A stretch of DNA of 60,411 nt, filler included, from Basidiobolus ranarum (lineage: Eukaryota): the NCBI GenBank assembly GCA_040143965.1. It is 5 parts of 5 records of this genome, joined end to end, with 100 filler letters (N's around TTAATTAATTAA, not from the genome) between each part and the next. Parts side by side here need not be neighbours in the genome. Positions count along the whole stretch, not along the records: positions 24,257 to 36,258 come from JASJQH010007449.1; positions 36,359 to 48,349 come from JASJQH010007450.1; 3 more parts are not named here. The stretch is one strand, 5' to 3'. Shown here one piece after another: positions 26,618 through 37,927 of the stretch. A program made the translations under genes and the position numbers. How positions within the stretch are numbered: position 1 is the stretch's first letter; the number at the start of each line of letters is the position of its first letter. The notes under the pieces were generated by a model. It did no database searches. It saw only the letters and a program-made list of their open reading frames with translations, and was not told where the DNA came from.

Positions 26618-28060
26618 ATGTCCAACACGGTCGCTCAACCTTCGTTACAGGCATCTGCCTCTACCTCTAATTTATCAACAAATCTATCGTCTGACTCACG
26701 AAAAAAATCTCATGGAACCATTAAAGCTGAAGCTCATTCCTTTAACTATGTATTCAAGACTTTCATCGCTGGTGGTACCGCAGGGTGTGCAGGTTTGTAT
26801 CTGATCTCTTCTTGGGCTTAGTAAAAGTAAAGCTATTAGCCACAAGTAAACATAATGAAACTAAGTATAGTTTGCAACTAGCTAAAACACTTGTCGCTCC
26901 CCTTGACCGAGTGAAGATTCTTTTTCAGTCCAGTAATCCACATTTTGAGAAATACTCTGGTACATATGTTACTGTTAAAATGGAATTTTTTTATATTTGT
27001 TCCATTGATGAGTTTCTTTTATAGGTACTTATCTTGGAGTATTTAGAGCTGGTAAAGAAATATTCCATACTTCAGGTATACGTGGTTTGTTTCAAGGTCA
27101 TATGGCAACACTACTTCGAATTTTCCCATATGCAGCTATCAAATTTGTAGCATACGAGCAAATCAGAAATGTATGTATTCACTGAAGAATCGTTCTAAAC
27201 AGCGGACCATCCCCTCTCATTTATTTCCTATCTCTACAAGACACTTTAAATATTGAAACCTCCTCTCTCTGCTCAGTATACTGACATGATTCTTTCGCTA
27301 TTTAGTTACTAGCCCGCTCTGGTCGTAGTACACCTAGAACTGAATTTGTTGCTGGTTCACTTGCTGGTTTGAAGAAGTTTTAGTACCTATGTATATTGAT
27401 GAAAATTGGTAGAAAATTCATTTAACCCTCAATTCATTCATCCATCTAGGACTTTCATCTGTTTTATGTACTTACCCGTTAGACCTAATTAGGGTGAGAA
27501 TGGCATATGAGATGCCTAAAAATGGGAAAGTACCCGGATTTTTGGACACATTAAAAGTAGTCTATCAGGAAAAAATACCAAGCACTAGTTTTTTCAGACT
27601 TCCAGTGACGAATCTTTATACAGGATTTGGTTTGACGGTGATCGGAGTTATCCCTTACGCAGGTGCATCCTTTTGGACTCACTCGATGATGCAAAGGTTG
27701 TTTCGTGAGAGATTTCCAAATGCTCTTGTAACGAAGGATCGTAAGGTTCAGCAGGAAACTGGAGAGAAAGTCCGCTTGAAAGCCTGGGCTCAACTTATTT
27801 GTGGTGGGGTAGCAGGAGCATTTGCCCAAACTGTTTCCTATCCGATCGAAGTCACCAGACGCCATTTTCAAGTACGCGGTGCAGTGAATCCGGAAAATAA
27901 TCGAACAACAGTGAAAGAAGTGATCACTAAGATTTATCAATCCAAAGGAGTGGGTGGATTCTTTGTTGGTCTCAGCATCGGTTATCTAAAGGTTACACCA
28001 TTAGTGGCAGTATCTTTTTACGCTTATGAAAGAATGAAATGGCTGCTAAATATTCATTAA
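26618..28060 (+). CDS. LEU5: Mitochondrial CoA carrier (Leu5/SLC25A16-like), multi-exon
   Basis: [77 protein letters not shown] and [11 protein letters not shown]. Confidence 0.88.
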
Positions 28061-28366
28061 ATATTTTGCTCATCAAATACGTTCACTTATTATTCATCAT
28101 ATACTAAGCACTATTTTGAAATCTCCACTCGGACCCACTTCGTTTATCTAACTTTACTACAGCCGCCATTTAGGAGAATCAAAATAAAGATGAGTTTCAT
28201 TGGAATGTTCAATTGTGTTCAGGAAAGATCAGATATTAAGATTGAAAATACTAGAAATTCTTTTTATTCAGTAATATAATTCTATGAAATGTTAAATAAA
28301 AAAGGCCTGTCTAGATCAGCTGCAGAAGACCAACCGAAAAACGGTTATAAATAAGCTAGTCATCTG

Positions 28367-29548
28367 TTATTCAACAAACTTCAAGTCGCTTTGACGCTCT
28401 GCAGCATAAACGTCCTTATACTTTTCAAAGATCTCTTGTAGTTGGTTCATATACTGTTTATGGTAAACTTCGGCATCTTCATTGGTGGGATTATCCATTT
28501 GCTTCACTTCTATAGGGGTGCCAACTAAAAGGGAAAAGGGTGTCATAACATTGTCGAAACATATGAATATAAACACACACTTACCGACAACGTGTATAGG
28601 GCGACGGCGAGGAAGAGCTCCAAAGTCATAGATGAAAATTCCACGTCCAATAAAGATAGGTGTTGTGAATCCGAAGATATCTTGAATTTTACGTTGGACC
28701 TTATGAAGCCATGTTCCTGCTGGAGCTTGGACCTGATCGTAAACATCAGTCTCACCGAAGGATAGTACGGGTACTAAGCGAGCACTACAAAATATCCAGT
28801 AAGTATTATTTATGGATATCCCCTATAAACAACGTTATTTCTCATCCATACCCGTTTCTCATAGCAACCTTGACAAAGCCATAACGCCTTTTTAGAATAA
28901 GATTGAAGGTTCCAGGGAAGGCCGTCAACGATTCTGAAGCTCCCCCAACTACTATCATACATGAATTTCCGGGACCTTTTTGAAGAATGTTATTGCAGGA
29001 TTTTTTGTCTACTGAAGCCAATCCAAAAGCCATCAACAAGTCGCGATAGAAAGGTACGTTAAAGTTACTATCCAAAGTTAGCAAGCGGATATTCAAACCG
29101 GGGAATATCTTAGAAACGTGGGCTCCTTCAGTACCGAAAGCACCCCAAGCTCCAACCGCTATAATACCATGTGGATGATAACCTTAATGGAGAAAGTACA
29201 TGGTTAATTATTTTCTCTAAGCAGAGCTTCAAAGTAAAACATACCAAATAAATAATTCTGCTTGGGATCAAGCTCGGCTTCCTTGACAATAGCGATGGGG
29301 AAAAATTCAACAAACCAACGCCAGCAAGGCAAGCTTCTTATCCAATTGTTCCTTCTAGAACCTGTTCTAGGTGCTGTGTCAAAGTAAGCCCAAATTAAGT
29401 AGGCAAATAATATAGGCCAGAATAAGGGAACTGCTAAGCCAAATAAAAATAACACAAGGCATATTGGAAGGAAAGAAGCCCATAAGAACACGCTAAAGGT
29501 CTGGCGTCTGCGTTGGAGAGGAACATGCAAAGGAGCTATCTCTACCAT
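28367..29548 (-). CDS. DGA1: Diacylglycerol O-acyltransferase 2 (4 exons)
   Basis: APLHVPLQRRRQT, FFPI, spliced FGYHPHG, VVGGASESL, RRYGFVKVA, LVPVLSFGETD and GRGIFIYDFG. Confidence 0.93.
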
Positions 29549-30480
29549 ATTCTTAGTGACAGATATTGTTTCAAGTGGAGATAAAAAAGTTGATATCCAA
29601 AGTTAAGGCTTGAAGGCAATTCGAATGCCAAAATTTCGTCGAGATATACCTATAATAAGCACTGTCAGACTGGTTGATCATAATGACGTCGGGAATGTGT
29701 CAGCTCTTTTGTCACATGCTGAGTATATACAAAAGAATTTGATCAGTAATCGTTCCATTAACAAACCGATGTTTTTGGATAGAAAAATAGCTGTGATTGA
29801 CAATAATATAGGTAATGCACTCTCCTTCAAAGCCACGCCAACTGATAGGACAAAAATACCTTCAGCACAGTTCTATTTGTCAAATCCAGAAGTACTGACA
29901 TGTGAAATCCCATTTGTAATCGATTGTGTAAGCCAGGAACAAGATTAGCTTCCATTCGTCTGTAAGTGCTCAGGTCATCAATATTTGAACACTCGCTGGT
30001 AAATTTCGTCAGAAAATTTACTAATTGCTTTGTAGCTACTGTGGCCAATAGCAACTGCTTGATATTGTTTTATCAAAAATTTTAAAAGTCATGAGAATTC
30101 GCCAATCATAGTAGGAGAAATGGTATACCTTAATGCAGTCAGGTACAATTTGGAAATTATGCCAATATGACGCTTAAAATTCCGTGTCATTGAGTATTTC
30201 ACATGCAAAAAGGTTGAGGTGGATTATTTAGGTGCTTAAATTTGGTTTAGCACCCATTTAATTGCACATACTACGGATTATGGCAAGATCTATTGCCAAT
30301 GACTTAGGGTTAGGCATGAGTAAATAACTAGAAGAAATATGTCAAGAGAGGTTGCACTTACTCAATACTTGCAAAAAATATCTGCCATTTATGTGCTCTA
30401 GCAAATAGTTGACGATTGAAACATAATATAGAGTTAATCTATAACTAGATTTTAAAATATGTGATACCTCTAGTTCTGAA

Positions 30481-30704
30481 ATGCTTTTATTCGGTATACT
30501 ATTATTATTGCCATCTGTCTTAGGTGTTTGTAACTTTATCGTACAAAAACCTGGACAGTATTGTGCTGTTCTAGCTAAGGCATGTAAGATAGATATTAAG
30601 AGGTTCTATAGCTGTAATCCCGGAGTTGGGAGTGATTGCAGTAAATTAGTTGCTGGTCAACAATAGACACCTGCTGAAAACTCAAACCTGGGCAGGAGTT
30701 ATGT
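30481..30704 (+). pseudogene. Small secreted LysM protein, probably a deleted or disabled multi-LysM gene
   Basis: Signal peptide plus fungal LysM C..VQKPGQYCAVLAKACKIDIKRFYSCNPG..CSKLVAGQQ*. A second LysM tail (IDTC*KLKPGQELC) follows directly in another frame. Confidence 0.65.
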
Positions 30705-30927
30705 GGGACTTCTTCCCGATATCTTTCTATAGCTTGGATGTCTCAAGTTTATAGGAAAGTAAGGTCATAGTAGTTCTGCGTTCACATCCCCAACCAGAAA
30801 AGTTGGCAATGGTAGAAATTATTTGCCTGGGTATCAAGAATAAGGACAGCCAATTTCAATACATTTATTTCAAAAAGTTATTCAAAAGTATGAAGTAGCA
30901 TCGATGATACTGGACGTACCACTCATC

Positions 30928-31266
30928 TTACAAGTACTGCATAGTGATAAAACTAACAAGAGCTGCCATCACCATCGGGGCGGCATGGGCTTTGAAGTGC
31001 CCAGCATCTGAAGTAGGCTGAGTTGGAGATGCCTGAGTGGATGAGGACTGGGTGGGGGATGCCCCTGGGGTCTCGCTGGATGGGGGAACAACCTCAGTTC
31101 CTGCAGGAGTACCACTTGGAGTTTCGATAATACCACTTTGAGCGCTTGTAGGAACAGCGGAGGTCTCAATACTGGTAGCGCTGGCACCAATGTCGGCACT
31201 AGTATCCTGAGCAACAGCGGAAGCGGTTAGAGCGGCAAAGGCGATAAGAGCAGTGAAGAAACGCAT
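30928..31266 (-). CDS. Ser/Thr/Pro-rich secreted, probably GPI-anchored protein
   Basis: Signal peptide MRFFTALIAFAALTASAVAQ, low-complexity core, omega-like SDA and a hydrophobic tail ending MQYL. Confidence 0.8.
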   Translation of the reverse strand: MRFFTALIAFAALTASAVAQDTSADIGASATSIETSAVPTSAQSGIIETPSGTPAGTEVVPPSSETPGASPTQSSSTQASPTQPTSDAGHFKAHAAPMVMAALVSFITMQYL

Positions 31267-32521
31267 GGTGATTAAAGTGGTCGTTTGGTGTTGCTACGAA
31301 GTCAATGTATATCAACTGAAGTGGTTGAATCTGTAGTAAGCTTTGGCCATTTTATACATTTTGTGACTTCTATAAATCCAAGGACCCATACTTAACTTCT
31401 AGTTTTAACATTCTCCCATCATGCAAATCATTGTAGATTTTCACTCCATCACGATTGCATCTTGATAAATGTGGACAAGCAATAGTTGTGTCCCACGATT
31501 AATTAGAGTTTGACGAATCGGTATCTGGATTAAGGTGTGATGGGTGGTATAGAACAAGTTGAATTGTACGAAATTCAAATTTCCAAGGAATTTGATGTTT
31601 GTGCCAACATAAGATTCTTCTATAGAAAAAAATTAAATGAAAAATTTATCAGAATTTGTTTTTAGAATTGAATTTGGGCTATTTGCCACCTTTGTAATTA
31701 ATTACTGGTATCTTCTTAGTTGGTCGAACTCTTCCCGGGGCATGTATTGGCAATACAATCCAATAATTGATTTTAGCGATAATTCCATTGACTAGGAAGA
31801 TGTGAATTGCGTTTCTAATCGATGACAGACTAAGAATAAAGTTACCCGATATGAGCTAAAAAGTAACTGGTATACAGCCAACTATTGATAGAATACTCAA
31901 ACTCCACTATTCATTTCCATAACCACAAAAACTAGGAAAGGTGAAATCTAATGGTAAGCCTATTATTGCTCATTCACTTGTCACTTCAATATTCATACCA
32001 TATACTGAACATCTAGTCTAGTGTTTTCATACGTCATACAAATCTTAATCATTTACTCCCAAACAGGAACCGCGTTCTATATTTAGCACTTGTTGCAATG
32101 GAATAACTGTTCCATTCTATATGTGGCTGGCCAGTCACTAAGAACCCAACATTAGCAGTACTGACTAGGTTTACTTGGGTGATTCCCGTCGACATTCTGA
32201 ATCAAGAAAATCCACATAGCTACTAAATCAGAGAAGAGTCTATAGTAGAGCATATAGAGGATTCATGAAATTCTGGTATCTACTTGAATCCAAAAAACTG
32301 TCCTCGATGGAAGAACCTATTGCTACAGATCAATTGATGAGTGGAAAATGCTATGGTTTATTTCGTTAATACGAGACGAACATCATTTTCATTCCTGACA
32401 ATGCTGTGCGATTCCTACTTCGATGTTGTTACTTTTGTTGACGGGAAACTAACCACATATCTCCTAGATACCAATGTTGACTTGACAAGCTGCATGCACT
32501 CCAAGTAAGTATGGGAGATAT

Positions 32522-33106
32522 TCACATATGTTGAGAAAAAGCCAAAATAACGCCTAGCAAAAATATAACTGATCTGGTTTCAGTTTGAGAAACACTATTG
32601 GATGCATAAGGGATAGGATGGTTGCTTTTGGCTGGCGCTCCAGGACTAATATTACTAGGCATTCCATTTGAAATGGGACTAATGGAAGTAACACTAGATG
32701 GTTTAGCAGGCACTAAGGTGTTGGAAACCGTAGACCCAGGAGAAGTAGAGCTCAAAGTACCACTAGAGACAGATATGGAGACAGATGCAGAGACAGGTGT
32801 AGAGGCAGATGTAGTAGCAGATGCAGGGAGAGTGGTGCTTAGAGAAACACTTGGACTAGAGGAAGCGGTAGTTGTAGCAGGAGACCCGGAAGATACCAAA
32901 CCCGTCGATACCAAGCTCACTGATACCGGGGTCGAAAATGCGGCCGGAAGTGAACCAGAGCCTGAAGCTGAGCTTGCGGGCGAGCCGAGAGGTGAAGCTA
33001 TTTCGGAAGGGGAAATACTCGAGGGTATAGTTGATGAGTTTTGGGCAAATGTGCCAAGGCTACAAGATAGAAGAACAATAACAGCGATATTATAAGAACC
33101 TAACAT
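32522..33106 (-). CDS. Ser/Thr-rich secreted, probably GPI-anchored protein
   Basis: Signal peptide, Ser/Thr/Pro core, omega-like SNS and hydrophobic tail VIFLLGVILAFSQHM. Confidence 0.75.
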   Translation of the reverse strand: MLGSYNIAVIVLLSCSLGTFAQNSSTIPSSISPSEIASPLGSPASSASGSGSLPAAFSTPVSVSLVSTGLVSSGSPATTTASSSPSVSLSTTLPASATTSASTPVSASVSISVSSGTLSSTSPGSTVSNTLVPAKPSSVTSISPISNGMPSNISPGAPAKSNHPIPYASNSVSQTETRSVIFLLGVILAFSQHM

Positions 33107-34012
33107 CTTGAAATGTGAGTTAATCCTGATGCTGATGTTGAATGAATAGATGCTAGGCTTTCTAACCTGGTTTTATCCTTTTTCTAGAAAATACTTAACT
33201 CGTCAATCTTTAGACTCCACATGTTTATCTCGTAGAATTACAATAACATTATGCGCCCATGTACCTGTCGTAGACATTGATCTTGATTATATTACGGCCA
33301 ATCTGACGTCGTAGCATGCCCCTGGAACCATTATCACAAGATTTTATTATACTGTAAATTGAAAAGAATCTTCAATGAAGGGACATAGCGGATTTGCTAC
33401 ATTTCCTTCCATAATGATTCACTCATTAGTAATTAGAATATTTACAATAGTTCATTAAGATCCTATCCAACAATGTTATCAGTGTCAATATCCCATCACA
33501 CAATAAAGGTAGATAATCTAAAGCAAACGCTTAGAGCACTAAAAATAGATGCCCTGGTTCTATGACTTTCCACATCCCTTCTACCGCTGACGGGCATTGA
33601 AATCAATGTAAGCCTTTTGGATAAGGACATTAAAAAGCAGGAGAAGTTGGATTGGATTAGTGGATCAAGGATCAACAATTTGTTATAACATAAACTTTCA
33701 TTGTATATTGGGGTCTAGATGTAGTCTCCTGTTCATTTTTGATTGAACTCCAAGAAACATATACATCAGGATAAGTGTTGGGGCAATTTCAGGTACCAGA
33801 GGTCACTCATGATATTATTTCTAAATTTAGAAGGTGCTACAGGCATTGGTATGGTAAGTTTAGTATTCATCAGACATCGAGTCAAAATTGATTTTTTAAT
33901 CAGTGATCACTTCATGCCAAGTAACCGCTGAATGTAGCCACATTATCAGGAAAATGGTGGTAAACTTTATTGCTAAAAATATTCAGTATTCGTCTGACAT
34001 ATCAAATGATCG

Positions 34013-34483
34013 TTACAAGTATCTGGCTATAACCAAACCGAAAATAGTTGTCAGAATAGTGGAACTTGCCTCCACTATAATGTGTCCGGCGCTAGTGGCC
34101 GGGACAGATGAGGGGGATATAAACATGCTAGTAGAACCACTTTGGTTCATGCAATGGCGTACTACAGAAGATGCACCAACGAGACCTGTAGTACTGCTGG
34201 TGATAGAGACTCCACTGCTCATACTACCACTACTACTTACAGTAGGTGCGGAACTAAGGGAAGTAGAGCTAGCAATAGCTGAGACACTGGAGGTGGGTTT
34301 AGCCACTCCACTAGACAGTACACTACTGGATGAATGAGAGCCGCTGGGGGAATGATTGGCAGAGCTACCAGTATGTATAGCAGAGGCAGATGTTGCCGGA
34401 CTGGACACAGACATTGAGCTTGCTTCCTGACTACTGGCGGAGGCTACTAGGACAGAGAGAATGAATGTTGATGAAAAGCGCAT
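34013..34483 (-). CDS. Ser-rich secreted, probably GPI-anchored protein
   Basis: MRFSSTFILSVLVASASSQ signal, Ser-rich core, TSAG and a hydrophobic tail ending ARYL. Confidence 0.75.
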   Translation of the reverse strand: MRFSSTFILSVLVASASSQEASSMSVSSPATSASAIHTGSSANHSPSGSHSSSSVLSSGVAKPTSSVSAIASSTSLSSAPTVSSSGSMSSGVSITSSTTGLVGASSVVRHCMNQSGSTSMFISPSSVPATSAGHIIVEASSTILTTIFGLVIARYL

Positions 34484-35933
34484 ATTGAAGATGGGAATGC
34501 CTGGATAAGTTGCTCACTTCAGTCTTTCTATTTGCATTTTATATGTTAACGAGAAATGGAGAGTCTTTATTGTTTTGCAAAATTTCATAAGAAAGCATAC
34601 TCCCTGAACCCAATGATATCATCGGATCCTGTTGACCACTGAATATTAGAGAGAAGTATTAATGGTATCGCCAATAATCTATTGTGATCACTGTGCGGAC
34701 GGGAACTCTTTCATTGACAAACTTCAAATAGAAATATTACTAGGATTGGGGATCCTAGAGTTCTGTGATTAGTTTCATTAAGATTATAATTTGACCTTGG
34801 CAAGGGCTATAAAATAGGATGGTGACATGAAACACTTTTCCATAAAATCCTTATTCGTTGTTTGAGAAGAATACTATTGTCTATTAGCTTTACGCTACTG
34901 AGGACTGAATCAAATCATCATTCAGGCTATCTATGAGTCGCGGATGTGTCGGTTCCAAAGTATTAGAGAAAACGACCTTCCTCAACACTTTATGTCATCA
35001 TCTGTAAAATGCTACCGCTGAAGGCCAATAGTACAGATTCACACAAGTATGGGATGTTAAACACAGACACACCAATACGACCAGTGAACGCACTTTAGTA
35101 TGCCGATATTTTGTATTCATTCCACGAAATAAAGCTAAAAAGAGCGGGTCTCTATCGCATGCGAAAGGCCTGCATCTTCAGGGAGTAATTGGGTCACCAA
35201 AATTTGGAATTTTATGAATCCCGGCAGCTTAATTACTTTTTTATTTTAATGCTTTCGAGATGATATCAAGGTTATATTTACTTAAATTTGGTGTGCATTA
35301 ATAGAGTTAGTGGAATTATTGGGGGCCGATCCATCCATTTTCAAGCAAATGCCGTTGATTTGAACCAAAGGTAATATTCTGTGATGAGACTGCCCTTCAG
35401 TGAAAAGCAACAAAGCTATCTCCACTGTGTGATATAAATTAACGATTCAGTATTATGGCATTCTATGAGGGCTTGATGCCCAAGATGATAGTTTCAAGTG
35501 TACAAGGCATAATTTTAGAAATTTCGGTTTTGAATTGGGGATAGCGTGCTGTTATATTGTAGATTTCTCTACGATATACTAGTCCGTATGCCCATAAAGA
35601 AATGGATGTTGCTTAAGCAATACGAGAATTATATATATAGATTAGTATTCCCGTGTAACATGAGCTAGATTAAGTATCTAAAACAATAACGTAAGATAGG
35701 GTCTTGGTGAAATTAGTCGCGTAAACTCTTTGAGTGTATATTCTCACCAAGAATCAAAAAAGAATGAATATAAATGGCCACCGCGTGAACTAGATTGTGT
35801 AGTTAGTGAAGTTTTTCAAGGCATCATTAAATTGGCATAAAGACTCCAGGTATTCTCAACATAATTCGTCACTTTATTGAAGCATTTCAAGACGTACAAT
35901 AGCGATTGTTAGGCCAAGTACACTGTGATGAGG

Positions 35934-36258
35934 TTACAAATGCTGGACAGTGATAACACTTACAATCATTGCTGTTATTATTGTAATAGCTTCAAATTTC
36001 ATGTAGCTACCCTCAGAAGTAGATATGGCGGAAGTATTGGGCATATTTGCAGATGTAACAGATGGGTTCTGGGATTTACTACTCACCATTCCAGTAGAGA
36101 TACTACTAATTGCTTCGTTACCTCCACTAGAAATCGAATTAACAGGGGTTTCCGTTGCTGAGCCCTGAAGACTAGTAGGTGCACTTGCGATTGTCACTGT
36201 AGGGGCGTTATTCGAAACACCAGATACCGCTTCACTGGGCGCGACACTGCCACTAATT
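35934..36258 (-). CDS. Ser/Thr-rich GPI-type protein, 5' end lost at the contig end
   Basis: The frame is open to the linker. TSEG and a hydrophobic tail ending VQHL, paralogous to the three preceding genes. Confidence 0.7.
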
Positions 36259-36358
36259 NNNNNNNNNNNNNNNNNNNNNNNNNNNNNNNNNNNNNNNNNN
36301 NNTTAATTAATTAANNNNNNNNNNNNNNNNNNNNNNNNNNNNNNNNNNNNNNNNNNNN
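36259..36358. other. Artificial contig linker
   Basis: N44-TTAATTAATTAA-N44. Confidence 0.98.
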
Positions 36359-36621
36359 AGTTGACATTTATAGTTTTGTCAAGATGTAAACAAACTAACA
36401 TGTAGAATATGTTAAGGAAGGTCCCAGGAACATGTGTGCAAAGTTTGGGGCTTCTAGCACAAGTTTGAATAATCTATATATCTGAGAACTTCTAAGTTGG
36501 TAAAAATATTCTAAGTAAATTCCAATTGAGCATAAGTGATAATATCTTAGTGAATTATAAGATAACTTAGTACTAAGCTATATATGACTATATAGGTGTT
36601 TAAGTGATGCTAATTTCAACA
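36359..36621 (-). mobile_element. LTR-like repeat, family A (truncated by the contig start)
   Basis: Shares AGTTGACATTTATAG, TTTGGGGCTTCTAGCACAAGTT, ATGACTATATAG and the terminus ATGCTAATTTCAACA with 37599-37927. Confidence 0.75.
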
Positions 36622-36635
36622 AAAAGATGGTCCTC

Positions 36636-36972
36636 TGTTGAAGTAATTTGGAAGTGGTTGGAGGTGATTTGGAGAACTAGGAGAGTTGGTTGTTTCCAAT
36701 TGAAAATTTACTCAGTGGAAATAGATATTCATACTTCTGTTAAGAAGTAGATAAGCCAACAAGTAGGATATGTTCAAAAAAGGTCCCAGATCATGTGTAT
36801 AAAGTTTGTGGAATTCTTAACAAGGTTAAGAAAATCACCTAATCTGAGAACTTCTAAGTTGGTCTCAAAACTCTAGGCAAATTCTAAGCAAAGATATTGA
36901 ATAAGAATATAATGAAACTTAGGTAGCTAACTATATGACTATACAGATGCTTGAGTAGTGTCATATTCAACA
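36636..36972 (-). mobile_element. LTR-like repeat, family A (diverged full copy)
   Basis: Termini TGTTGAAGTA...TATTCAACA. Internal ATCTGAGAACTTCTAAGTTGGT is shared with the adjacent copy. Confidence 0.7.
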
Positions 36973-37598
36973 TTTTCTGGAAGAATTATGATGCAACACA
37001 AAATCTATGACAAAGTTGGTTGAAATTTTGGACTAAAAAATTTGCAACCTATCTCATACTCTTATTTGAATTATAAGCTGACAATCCATCTTATTAACAA
37101 GAAACATAGCTGAGAGCTTTTTAAAATATTTTATAAAATCGGTCCTCAGGCAATACATGCATCATTTTTAAAACTAAATCATAACCCATTCGCAAAGTGT
37201 CAAGATTTCGCAATAATCAGGGTCAGATTTCTTAATATTATATCTCTGCTGCTTTCAAAGTAATATTTAATAGTGTTTTTGTATCATGGTAGGAAGATTG
37301 TTCTCCAGTGTTACAAGGCATTGTTGCTGAGTTGATGCTAAGTTTAATATGGTTACAGCCTGATGTGTACACATATGCAGCAAGCCCCTTCATAATAAGT
37401 AGTGAATATAACTGTGATGATGAGCAACAGAAAGTGCTTTTATGAAAAGATGCTTACATGTATTTATTAGAAGATGGTACAATTACAAAAATATGGAGTA
37501 TTCAGACATGACTTCCAGATAAATATCAGACAAATAGGTTTGCTTTCAGTTCAAGCAGCACAATTTCAGGATGCAAGGATCTTTTTATTCTAAGTGGC

Positions 37599-37927
37599 TG
37601 TTGAAGTATTTTGAGAGTTTGTAGGAAGTATTTGGAGAAGTAGAAGTATTGGTGGTTTCCACTTATTGATTTATTGAGCAGAAAGTTGACATTTATAGTT
37701 TGGTCCAGAGGTAAATAAACAAACATGTAGAGTGTATCAATGAAGAACCCAGAAACATGTATGCAAGGTTTGGGGCTTCTAGCACAAGTTATCAAAATGT
37801 ATATATCTTCAAACTTCTAAGTAAATTCCTCTGGAGAATAGTTCGGGATATCTTAGTGAAATATTTCGGAACTAAATACTAAGCTTTGTATGACTATATA
37901 GATGTTTAGGCTATGCTAATTTCAACA
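37599..37927 (-). mobile_element. Solo LTR, family A
   Basis: TGTTGAA...TTCAACA terminal inverted repeat and a near-perfect 5-bp target-site duplication (GTGGC/GTTGC). TATAAAT followed by AATAAA on the minus strand. Confidence 0.8.

Noticed and set aside
30303-30315. TTAGGGTTAGG telomere-like motif
   Set aside because: Fewer than two full units, which is expected by chance.
32622-34337. Plus-strand Glu/Val/Leu-rich ORFs
   Set aside because: They are antisense shadows of the Ser/Thr-rich genes.
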